A stretch of 64,000 bases of DNA, taken from positions 6,324,001 to 6,388,000 of the forward strand of contig CM120649.1 of NCBI GenBank assembly GCA_051362555.1, read 5' to 3'. Of this stretch, positions 1-11,490 are shown in pieces. This DNA is from Lingula anatina (lineage: Eukaryota > Animalia > Brachiopoda). Under the pieces are notes generated by a model, which made no database searches, was not told the origin of the DNA, and worked only from the letters and a program-made list of their open reading frames with translations. Positions within the stretch are counted from its first letter, which is position 1. Every line of letters begins with the position of its first letter. The translations under genes and the position numbers were made by a program.

Positions 1-1812
1 ATTCATTAGCCAATTAATGGCATCTTAACAGTATTTACAAAACCCTATCTAAAATCCAAGGTCACGGCATAGCGTTCTGTCTAGCCGTGAAAAAATTAAT
101 GCTTGCCAGGTGGCAAGAGGTATATAGAATTACCATATTTCAGACGTTTTGAAGACATTTTCCTTGTATAAGTCTAGACACGCACTATGACAAAAAAGAG
201 ACTGAAAGAAGTATATGAAAAATTAAGGAAGTTTCCTTGTTAAACTCCCAGGCGCTATTCCGTGATTTCAATCAGAGGATTAAAAAAATACTTAAAACTC
301 ACATTTGCCAGAAGCGATATTGCAAAATAGTATAAGGTTAATTTGAGCGAATTATGACCGATATTCAAATCAAATCCCAAGATTATTGCATGTTTTTTTT
401 ATCAGATAAATCAGTTATAGTTGTTGGTTGCTGTTAAAATTATTGCAGATAAACTGCGTTTAATTATTCCATGTTTCTTTATGTGTGCAGTAATGCAGAT
501 GTAAGAGAAAATGTCTTGTATTTTCAACAATACAAAATGTAGCACTGAGCGTGTTGGTCTTTTCCCTGGGCATAAAAAGATAAGTGAATAAAATAATTAA
601 AAGAATAATAAATCAGAGTGCGCACATTTTGCTTTAACTAATATTGCGTTAATTGTGGCCAGAAAACTACCACATGGGTGTGACCGGACAAACTATTGTC
701 CGATCCCGTCAAATAGAGGTCCCTGACCTCAAAGTCACAAGATAAGCCAGATTTTGCTGACAGATCATAAATTATCTCATTTCGGTCGAAACCAGAATGA
801 TGGTGGTCGCATATGCTTGATTGCGGTAGATGTGAAATCCTCTTGAAAAGCATTGTCACTCTCACCTGCGCCATCCAGCATTTGACATAAGGTATCGCCG
901 TCCAAAGCAGCCTTTGCGCAGACAGTTTTAAATTAGAAGCCCATCCATTCAATAATAATGCATGTAGAGGCATAATGAGCCTCGCTCTGGCCATCCTTGG
1001 TCTTGCCGGTAATAAATCGATAACGAGGTAACTAAGAATATTGGCTCATTCCCAATTGAAACAAAATCGTTCTACAGTGTACGTAGATCGATTTAACTTC
1101 GCAGGGACTCCCGCTGAATGCAATCATATTAAAATAATTCCATTGGAAATGAGACGGCAGCACAGTACTGGATACACATCATCTCTCTCTATATAAACGT
1201 ACATAAGTATCATTTGGATATATGTTTTAATTTAGGATTTATATCAGATTGAAAACGAAAATACGTTATATCGTTTCCAAATGTGTATTATTCATAAGAA
1301 AAAAGAGTATACGTCAGATAAATATGAGCAATTGTATTAGAATTATTATTGTAATACGATTTTTAATCAAAGGTATTTTAACCATACAGGATTTTCGCGC
1401 CAAATATAATTTTCTGTGGAAAAAGTGATTTTCTTCTTCTCACGAATCACTGTTGGACCTTTCTGTGCACTTGGATTTTATAGTCTGTGTCATTAATGAA
1501 TTGAGGTTAATTTATAACGCCATTTTTTCCTGACATTTCTGGAGGAAATTTTGACATTGGTATTTTTATTTGAGGCGTCCTTTCGTTACTGAGGTCTAAT
1601 TTGAGTTGATTTACAGGATTTTTAAACATTAAAATAAAACCTTGGGGCTAGTTTTAAAATTCTAGACCTCGATGGACTTCTTATATGTATACGCTCATGA
1701 TATCCAAGAGACAAAAACAAAGAAAGAGATGCCGACAGATAAGAAAATCTCTCACACATTCGCAATATGAAAAGTACAAAGTAATGGAAAATCTGAACAT
1801 ACAAATAGCCGG

Positions 1813-1993
1813 TGTCATGTACCAGAAGGTCCCCCATGACAGAAAGTCCGGGACCCGTTATTTCAGAAACCAGGGGTCCGTAGGACCCCTGGTTTCTGAA
1901 ATAACGGGTCTCGGACTCTGTATAATGGTGATTAGGTATAATATACAGGGTCCCCCGGACCCTGCATTTAACCGGACCCTACGTTTCATGACA
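1813..1993. mobile_element. 181-bp non-autonomous Ginger-like mini module forming the outer left end
   Basis: Starts TGTCATG, ends CATGACA. Internal inverted repeat with 35-bp arms (1845-1879/1883-1917, one mismatch). Its 3' end resembles the element's right end in direct orientation. Confidence 0.75.
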
Positions 1994-2183
1994 GCTATCA
2001 CGAAACACAGAGTCCGTCCGTCATACAGAAGAACTGGGTCTAAAAGCTAGGGTCCTACTGTAGAACAGTAGATATTTAGTAAAAGCGCTTTATATTGACA
2101 ATCTGGGTATAATAGAATTATAATAAAGCAAACCCTTGATGCAAGTAAATATTATGTAACAAAACGGCGGTGGTTTGCACAAC

Positions 2184-2295
2184 GACCTGGTGGTGTAGTG
2201 GACAGCGACACGTGTTATGAGACTACAATGGTATCCAATGACAGGGAAGTATGCAGTAATTTAACAATGTGTTGGTTCGAGTCCCATACTAGAGT
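2184..2295 (+). ncRNA. tRNA-derived / Pol III A-box-B-box sequence (degenerate, not a canonical tRNA)
   Basis: A-box TGGTGTAGTGG 2191-2201 with GTGT/ACAC D-stem; B-box GGTTCGAGTCC 2274-2284; spacer longer than in an intronless tRNA; T-runs follow near 2314-2332; acceptor stem pairs poorly. Confidence 0.55.
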
Positions 2296-2498
2296 TGACT
2301 GTATAACGTCTCTATTTTCACTCTTGTTTTTTAAATCTCTACTTAAATATTCTACTTACTGTCTATTTATTGTGTTTCATTCCGCAATAAAATGTGCTAT
2401 ACTCACTTTTTATTATATTCCATACCCTTTTTTAAAATAAAACTTACTTAAAATATTTTTCACACATATCCCATTGCATTGTGATGCTTTGTACTACA

Positions 2499-2686
2499 TA
2501 TACGCGTGACTTATTTGAATACCACTCGTACATGTGCGTAAGCTAGGGTACACAATGAATAGAAGCTAAACTATGCAAAACGTTTCTTGCTTTAGACTAT
2601 ACGCGTGACTTAGGCTACAATGACTACCACTCATAAATGTGTGACAGCTAGCGTTATACAGTGCATCAATGCCAAATTGTGCAAAA
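2499..2686. repeat. Diverged tandem direct repeat (about 99-bp period) upstream of the transposase
   Basis: TATACGCGTGACTTA..TACCACTC..ATGTG..AGCTAG..TGCAAAA at 2499 and again at 2598. Confidence 0.75.
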
Positions 2687-2907
2687 TATGTATTTTCTGG
2701 AAAATGACGAAATTAATTTGTTATTTAATATACGTGCTTTTGGAGTGTAATTGAAAATGTACTCATTTAATTTTTTTAAACAATTTATATAAGTTTTAAT
2801 TTAAGTTGCATACCCTAAATGAAAATGGAATCAACCCAAAAGGAATGTAGTTCATGTTTCTCAGGGTATAAAATGGCTAGATCTTCGCGATGTCTTACTC
2901 TGTCAGA

Positions 2908-4759
2908 ATGGATTTTCAAGCAGTGCGACTTTATTTACAACATGGCAGGTACAGAAGACGAACAACCAACAATCAGAAAAGAGCAATAAGGAGAAGCGCC
3001 GCAAACCATTATAAAGTAAGTTTTATACATTTATACTCGTTTAACTTCAAGACTGTTCAATAAAAGAGCAACTTAAATGTATATTAAGGTACATATTTAT
3101 CTTTCTGTTTTAGCTTGAAAGCGGCTGCTTATATTACAGAGCTGTAAGAAAGATAGTGGGGGTAGAGAGTGGGAAGGAAGAGACGGAGAAGGGAAGATGG
3201 AGGAAAGTAGTAGAAAGCGAAGATAAGAAAACTGCCTTGTTACAAGAAATGCACGACAAAGGTGTTTTAAACTTATCATTTACATGCGTTGTACAGCTAA
3301 ATTTCAGCTTAACATATCGATAATAATATTGACATCATCATCATAAACTATCAGTGAATGTTATATTATATTATTTGATTCATTATAAAAATTATAAATT
3401 TTTTTATTAAAGCTGGACACTTGGGCGCATCAAAAACACTGATCAAAGTAGAACAGAGATTCTACTGGCACAACATGGCCGCAGACATAAGAAAGTATGT
3501 GTCGTCATGCCACCAGTGCCAGGTGGCAAATAAGAAATTCAAAATGAGCCCTGGCCCACTTCACCCAGTAGTGGTAGAAAAGTGCAAACCGTGATATCAG
3601 GTAAATATATCAAAATTATTTACAGTAAGATGAAAATTTTAGTAAATTTTAAAGTTTTTTGTAGTAAATTGCTAATGTTTAAATAGTTTAAATTTCTTTT
3701 TCAGATTGGAATTGATTTTGCCCACATGCCAAAATCATATCAAGGCAACCAATATTATATTGCAGCCATTTGCTACTTTACGAAGCACGCTTCGGTAAAA
3801 GCATTGCCAAATAACAAGGCTGAAAACGTGGCTATATTTTTGACAGACTTAATGATGGTGTAAGTATGATTTATATATCTAAAGTGCATTGTTAAATGAA
3901 ATCCTTAAGCATCAAGTCATTGTTCTATAACTATGTTCATTTTCATTATATAGGTTTGGTTATCCTAGCATCATCGTTTCTGACCAAGGCAGAGAATTCT
4001 GCAACACGTTGGTTGACACGATCTCAAATATTACAGGCTGCAGCAGACGGGTAACGAGCCCTTATCACCCACAGGCAAATGGACTAATAGGTGATTTAAA
4101 CAGTATTAATAAATGTTTTCCTTTTTTTTGCTATAAATAAATTTCATAAATATACTTTTACGACTTACACTCACGATAACATTATAAAGCAATCAATGTG
4201 GCAGCATAAGAATAAAAGCATCATTCTATATTTCAGAGAGGTACAACCAGACTATAAAGTCAATGATATCCAAATCTTGCAAAGATCCTAAAGAGTGGGA
4301 TATGTACCTAGGGGCATGCAATTTTGCCTATAACACATCTGTGCAGGCCAGCACGAAAATGACGCCTCATTTCCTTATGTTTGGAAAGTGAGCATGCTTT
4401 TTAAGTCGGATAAATAATTAATACTTAAAATGGCACTTGTTAAATAAAAGTATTACAACATTATGTAAATCACTCTTCTTTAAATCTAACATTTACAGCA
4501 TATAAATTTTTGTCATTTTAGTGAAGCAACTCTTCCAAATGAAGAAGTAAGGGACTTGCAACAAATAGATGAGGACGAAATAGACCCTCTGCCACGTATA
4601 GAATTGATTAAATTTTTAAATTGTAAGGCACGACCAACAGCTATGGCCAGTATAGAAGAAGCTCAGGCAGAGCAAAAGAAAACCTACGACGGGAAACGTT
4701 GCAATGAAGTAAGACATGATGTGGTGTTTATTTTTGTTTATTGTCATGCATTTATATCA

Positions 4760-4807
<48 letters not shown>

Positions 4808-5071
4808 TATATTATATTATTAACTGTTTTAAGTTTAAAGTTATTCTATTTGCTTTTTCAGGAGTACCAGATTGGATGTAAAGTTTTGAAGTTTAACATG
4901 AGGCGCGCTGATAGAAAAGGAGGTAACGATGCTGACAGGTACATTGGCCCGTATATAGTGGTTGGAAAAGGAAAGCATGCTAGTTCGTACAGACTTAAGA
5001 CGCAAGACGGGAAAACACTAAAGACGGCCGTTAGTGCTAAATTCCTAAAGAAGTATAATGAAAGGGCGTAA
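2908..5071 (+). pseudogene. Ginger1/GIN-like integrase-transposase, 8 exons, one in-frame stop
   Basis: Exons 2908-3015, 3114-3261, 3413-3600, 3705-3859, 3954-4090, 4237-4387, 4522-4708, 4862-5071; all GT-AG, phases compatible, 1284 nt. Reads MDFQAVRLYLQHGRY..KRAIRRS..LYY; HHCC (EMHDKAGHLG..RFYW..CHQC); DDE core IGID, SDQGREF, SPYHPQANGLIERYNQT; WD..AYNT..STKMTPHFLMFG; GPY module (YIGPYIV). TGA at 3592-3594 in KP*YQIGID where Trp is expected. Confidence 0.92.
4763..4820. repeat. (AT)n/(ATATT)n microsatellite in transposase intron 7
   Basis: Directly visible; produces the IYIYIY run in ORF 4556..5071. Confidence 0.9.
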
Positions 5072-5278
5072 GTATTAATAACACATAGCACAACTTTATT
5101 CTAAATATAAAACCATTTCTCTCAATAACATTTGAAATTTTAATTAAAATTGTTTCTATTATGTTTTATATGGACAACTATAATGCAAGATTGTATCAAC
5201 AATAAAGGATTTGATATCTACATGTGCTTTAATATATATTTTTAATGTGAAACTATGAGAAACATATATGAATAACAT

Positions 5279-5371
5279 ATATGAAACGAGACAGGGAGTC
5301 CGCCGGACTCTCAGTTTTAAAACACCGGGTCCGCCGGACCCTAGAATGGTAGGACTCTGTGTTGCTTGACA
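5279..5371. repeat. Right terminal region of the Ginger element with palindromic subterminal motifs
   Basis: GAGTCC-GCC-GGACTC (5296-5310) and GGGTCC-GCC-GGACCC (5327-5341). Terminal 20 bp match 1996-2015 as an inverted repeat (17/20). Confidence 0.8.
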
Positions 5372-8197
5372 CCGGCTCAAACTGCTTTCTTTACAGCCCA
5401 CGCAAGCTACAGGCGGGCACTACATGTACGCCAACGGCCTGACGAATCTGAATTCTCCCTAGCTCGTGCTTGTAGCCGTGGTCGACGTGATAGATCCGCC
5501 TACCAGTATATAAATAAAGCCATTAAAGGACAACCAATTCCATAGAACCGTTTTCGCTGTAAGATTGCTTAATCAGGTGCACCCAGTGTATGGTTATATA
5601 ATCGACTCGACACGCCTATCAAAGTTGGGGGTGAGCACTTATTTAAATTGCACTGAATTAAGATATCAACCTTGGTTTTTTTTTTTTTTTTTTACATTAT
5701 GTCATTGCGTACCTCACGTTCGTTATTTATCAAAATATACTGCTGCGCAATGTTTTGATATATCACTGTAAATTATAATTGAATAACAGGGTAAAGCGTG
5801 GTTAATTTCGGATAAAAGCTATATGAGTGCTGCAATTTCTTAAGCTTTCTACTGCAGGCGTAGTAAAAGCGCGGTAATGAGTTTATTAATACAGCAGGCT
5901 TCTTGTGATGTGACAACTACTGCTACCAAGCTGACAGTGTGTACAAACCTGCGGGTTAAATTGTAATTTTTTTTATGTTTCAGTTATCAACAATATTTTA
6001 TGCTTACTGACCATATCTATGTTAAATTCTAAACAACATCTATCCCAGAAAACTGAGCTATGTGCTATAAGTGAGTATTTTTTTCTGCTAGTTGTTTTAA
6101 AAACAAACTTTGTGGTCTTTGACGTTACAAAATTTCTTTCGTGTTTTAAGTTCCATTCTTGATTGTGATAATAATAGCGAAATAATTTTCGTGGTTTAAT
6201 AATCATAATAATTGCTTAATTTTTTCTCTAATGTTGTTTAATGTTGAGAAAATATGACTTAATTCCTGGTACTCGCATTTCCGCGTTTTGAATGAGAAAA
6301 ACATTTTTTCTTTCTTTCCTGATGTGACCATTTATGTTATTCGTTGTTGTTTATCTTTCTTCACGCTATTAAAGTTGCACATTTTTAATGTAAGAATATA
6401 ACAGCTGGCAGAACCCCGTATACCTCCATCCGTCTTGTGCAGTTCCACGCTAAAATACGGCACAAAGACGTTCAGCATAAAAGGGTATGGACCTACATGT
6501 AGGCGTTTGCCTGCTTGCGTCTTTGGGGTGTTACACGTATTTTTAAAATAAATATAGTTGGGAATCATTGTTTCGTTTATGAGAGTAATATACCATGAGC
6601 ATTCTTGCACTTTTTATATTTTGATTTTTAACTGCACACCCTCAGTGACGTTAAATGAGAATTCAGTAAATGCCGGTGCTTAAGCTGCTTGTTTGTGTAT
6701 TTCATTCGTCGGATATTTTGCAGCAGCAGAATACGTTTGCATGTTTAATAGAGCACAGTCAAAAAAAAAAAAACCAAGATGTATGTGGGTGTGCGCGTGT
6801 GTACGTGAGTGTGCTGGTGCACAGATGTGCATTTATGTGTGTTTTTGTTTATAATCGTGTGATATGTCAATGCATCATAAGAACACACTCTTGTTAAAAT
6901 AGTATGTGATATTCGAAAAAAAATTATAATGCTGTGATTGCAATAGCGTTAAAATAAAACTTGCATAATTCCACTAGCTCATACTTTAGACATTAGAGGA
7001 GACATTATCACCTTGTTAAATTTGCCAGACAGAAATAAAACTGCAACTCCACTCGTTAGCTAACCACAGAAACTTTAATGCACATTTAACCTCACATTTT
7101 GCTCAAATTTGTCGATCAGGGTATAAAAATTTAACTGCCTAATGTGCAAAGTCTTGTAATGTGTTCCATCCCGCTAATTTGAAAATTGTTTAATAGCGGG
7201 CCTTGCTGAAGTCAGGTACACACACACACTGTGTATCCGTAGTTTTGCTAAACCTGCACCAGCAGAATAAACACAAAATGAATGTCTGTAGTTTTCAAAT
7301 GATTCCAAACTTTATAAAAAGTGTAATATTTTTTTTCTCAAACTTGACTGACATAAAACATTTCTGATTTGAAACCGTACCTAACGATAAGATTTATTGG
7401 CCAGCAAACATCATTTAAACAATGATTTATCTTTTTTCTCAAACCCAAATACACCATCTCCAAGCCGTCTCCATCATTATCGCTGGTGCAAAAGGCTCTT
7501 TTCAGAGTGAGAAAGAAAATTACCCCTAATTAGAGAGACGGGTGGATGTTAATAACAAGCCCCATCACTGACTACGAGCCGTCAGTGTTGTAGTGTCTTA
7601 ATACAGTGATGTTAATGTAGACGGTTACTGATACAGTGGCTGACACAGACGCCGGCCAATAAAGCGGACTCCATGACAACGCGTGTCAGTTTACGGCAGG
7701 ACCCTCCTTAAACGTGTCACGGTCCAAATGAGGATACCCGATAGTAAGGGCCGCAGAGGGGGCGACTGTGACCCTTACATTTTTACTGGTGAAATACCTG
7801 TAGGTCGCTGTAAACACTGAGTTTCCATTTTACGTGAATATGATCTTTTTTTTATTTTTTTAATTGCTTGAACAAAAGATGTTAATATTGACGCCATTCT
7901 GTGCATTTAATACCCGCAGCACGTACGTTTATATCTGTCTACCAGACAAACATGTGTTCTGTCTCCGCTTCGGGACTCGCATCTGGATTCATTTGTATCG
8001 TTGAAATTTTATTTCTCTGGATGTACCCCCCCCCCCCCCCCCCCCAAACAACTGACGCTGTTTGCCTGGTTTATTTTTACCTTCCGCAAATGTCACCACC
8101 ATGTTATACATATTTGGGCCACATTGACTTTGGGGCCAGGAGGTCAACCATAATTACATTCGAAGAGCTTTTCGCGGCTCTTGGGATTCTCACTCAC

Positions 8198-8315
8198 CAG
8201 CGGACAAAACAGAATGATTAATTAATGACGTTCTAAACATTACGGCTAGTTGTGGCATGGCGGATTGAACGGCATGCACACAAAAAAATACCATTAGCAC
8301 GTAAAACAGGCTCAT
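8198..8315 (-). CDS. Possible first coding exon of a secreted protein (signal-peptide-like)
   Basis: MSLFYVLMVFFCVHAVQSA-MPQLAV.. ending at a consensus donor CTG|GTGAGT on the minus strand; no convincing downstream exon identified. Confidence 0.25.
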
Positions 8316-11300
8316 CTCATCGCGAATGAGGTTATGCGAGAACGTGACGATTGTGCGTATTCCGAGGCCACCACTGAGTTGAACGCTGTCAATAGGGTTA
8401 AACCCGTGTTGCTTCGCGGAACGCAAATTGACAGGTTTAGAGTTCTATCTCCAGCGTGAATCCTGGAAGATGCCCTGTATTGGAACCAACAAATGCACAC
8501 TTCGACTGCAGGTTTGGTGAATGCGGAGGAGACCGTGTAAGACAATCAGGTAGGTGGTGGGTTGTTGGTTTTGGGAACGTTGACATGATCGCTTCGATTA
8601 TTTGTGTTGATATGTCAAGCTGGTATTGACATATATATTTGTATATAGTCCCAAATGCCAACCAGGACTCTTTTTACCGTAATGTGATATAAGACGGGGA
8701 TTCATTAGGTCTGTTGTAAATGGTCATAGGTGGTATTTAAGAGGCTCCTCAAATACTAAGTATAAGCCCATTAAAGCCAACGAAATGTGTCGACATTAGC
8801 TGAAAGTTGCATACTTTGAGAAAATAGTAAACACAGGGTGATAGCAATATATCATAATGTATTGTTTATTATTTTTCATTAATATGTTTATTTTTTATTG
8901 TCAGTATTGGCTATTGGTATTTGGACAGATTAACACTCAACAAAACGAACAGACTTGAAAAAAACAACGTTAAGTAAACATAACAAACAAATGAAAACAA
9001 TTACCGCAAAAGCGGTGGTCGGGATAAAGTTTTAATATTTCATCAGAAATTGTAAATCATTGATATTAGAGCAGGGCTCAGGAAGTGGTTGTCCATGAAA
9101 GAACCAAACCAGCATCTATATTTAATGTCGCATTTTTACAACATGTCATTGATTTGAATTCGGTTACAAGTTCTATGGACATGATGACAGAGCGGTTAGT
9201 GTTATGGTGTTCACCTAATGCGTTTTGCGTTTCACGTAATGCAGATTCAAGCGTAGATCGTAGTTACCTCTCTCTATCAGTATGATTTTGATATCAAAAC
9301 AATTAGATGTATTTGGAATTAACTTGATTGTAACTTACTACTTACAAATTTCTTGGCACCAATTTCTAGGATTGTTGTTACTTGATTGACTCGTATAATA
9401 AGACTGCATTATTTGTTTGTAAATCGGTTCACAAAAGTGCCTTTATGATATGGTGCATGGATTGGCCAGTGTCGATTTTTTTAGTCCCAACATGTCGAAT
9501 CATTAATACCTCTTCAATTTACCTTTAATATTAAATGTAAGTGTTTAAGTATTTCTGATTGTGATAAATCATTCGTCCCATTTTCGTTAGCCATTTTCGT
9601 CGATGTCAGTTTCCCTCCAAATAATAAAATGAGATTGCCATCTCGGATCATAAAAGCTGAGGTATGTATTTTAATGAAGATGATAAACACAGTGGCCATC
9701 CTGCCGTTTTCTCTTTCTTCCTGTTGCCATTACAATGTGTGTGGTATATCTGCTCATTTTCTAAATAACAGTTTAGGTTATGCCTTTGTGTATATACATG
9801 TAACTGGACACAGATATTCTGTTTCATGTAAAGAATCAATCTATAGGGATCATATCTCAACACTGATGGCCCTATATATCTTTAAAAGCACAAGTATTGT
9901 AGTTCTACGCTTCAGAACTTTAACCTCAAAATTGATCTAAACTTTTAGACCACAACTTTAGTATCCTATGACCAAAGATAAATCACAAGTGAATGACGTT
10001 AGATAAAACACTGTGTTCGTTTAATACCAAGAAAGACGCTGCCTTGTTGGTTGAAGTGGACTCCTATGAAGTTATTTTGAACTGATCGAAGGAGGCTGCT
10101 ATTTTGGTCTTATTGTTTGGACCAAACGTTGGGGTTAAGTTTCTTTGTGAAACCCACCCTAATATGACACACTAAACGCATATTTGATTATTTAATGTAT
10201 TGTCTCTGAAAAAAGATATGATGATGTAATGCTGGCTCCGATCGCGAGTTAACGAAAAAGATGACATAAGACTCAGCTTTGTTCGTAATCATACTATTTC
10301 GAGAACGTTTCAAATTGATATCTAAGTTCGTTTAACCGCTTCTGACTTTGTCTGGTTTTGAACGGTCATTATTACGGATGCTTTATCGAATTGTAAAGAT
10401 TTACTGCCAAAACAGTGTTAATGAGGTTCACCATGACTCCCAACCCTTATTTTAAAAGGCATAACATGACATCATATTTCCACGACGCTTTTTTATTTTC
10501 AATACGACCCACTTTGGCACCTCGGGCAAGTAATCATTGTCGTAAAGAAAAGCAAGGCGCAAAGGATGCTCAAATTTAAGATCCGTCTACTATTTACACA
10601 TAACAAAACTCAAAAGCACCAGAAAACGCTATAGCAACATCCTATCAAAATCTAATTTTATTTTAAATCAGTTGTCAAGTCTATTATATTTCACTCCCCA
10701 TCAACTGAAATTAAAACCATCGGACATGCAGTTCTTAGGATTACGACATTAAGAGGGGCAAATTTCAACATTACAAAAGTTTTTGAATAAATAAACATAT
10801 TAGGACAAATGCCCCTGTGCTGCTAGTTCGTATCGATTTATAATACTTAAAACAAAAGCACACGGCGTAGTATAGTCGTTTGTCCCATCTGTGACTGATG
10901 ATTGATAGGACTGTAATGCTATGAAATATTATTTCACCATCATATATATGCATTTACATTCATATCATTGTTCGATGGCCTGTGTGTGAAAGTTTCTTCA
11001 TAAAAATGCCTGTTATTTTCTTATCTCTGAAAGGGAAAAAATGCCAAGAGAATTAACAAACGGAATGCTTATATTACAAGCACTTATGAGGCAAATAATG
11101 GTACCTTACATACTTATCCTCTGGGAGTGAGTAGGCATCATTAATTAACTATGAATGCGATTAGTATTGGCACTGTTATGTTCATTTCATTCACTTGAAA
11201 CCTTGGGATATCTGTCTTGAATAAACATACCTTAGTGTCTTTTATTAAATGCCAAAATGAATACTCTCTGGACGTTTCTGATTGAATTGTAATCTTTTTA

Positions 11301-11333
11301 GTACATGTAGTTGGACACACGTACGTCTCTTTT

Positions 11334-11490
11334 CAGAGATTTTTTCTGACAGTCTTCCAAATTATCTTTGTTGATCCATTCTCCATTTTTGACCGTCTTC
11401 CGACAGAAAAAAATAAGATACTAGTCAGTGTATACTTGAATATCTGACCGTCTTCCTGAAGACCCAGAATACGGCCTCAATCCGCCCCTG
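11334..11490 (-). mobile_element. MITE family A, truncated copy
   Basis: Reverse-complement match to 18251-18428 and 45525-45702; ends ATCCGCCCCTG; the other TIR is missing. Confidence 0.85.

Larger units (their letters stand above)
1813..5371 (+). mobile_element. Ginger1-type DNA transposon (Gypsy-integrase-related), apparently full length
   Basis: Begins TGTCA at 1813, ends TGACA at 5371; CCGG on both sides (1809-1812, 5372-5375), the TSD reported for Ginger1. Contains an intron-containing integrase with no gag/protease/RT/RNaseH. Confidence 0.9.

Noticed and set aside
638-994. 118-aa minus-strand ORF as a gene
   Set aside because: No recognisable motif; neighbouring frames are interrupted by stops.
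1685-2050. 121-aa ORF
   Set aside because: Spans the transposon boundary and palindromic end module; no protein features.
2184-2295. Functional or suppressor tRNA that could read the transposase TGA
   Set aside because: Acceptor and anticodon stems do not pair properly and no TCA anticodon is positioned in a loop.
4556-5071. 171-aa ORF with apparent transmembrane segment
   Set aside because: It is exon 7 (part) + stop-free 153-nt intron 7 + exon 8; the hydrophobic run is the (AT)n microsatellite.
1813-5371. LTR retrotransposon
   Set aside because: No gag, protease, RT or RNaseH, no long direct repeats, and seven spliceosomal introns.
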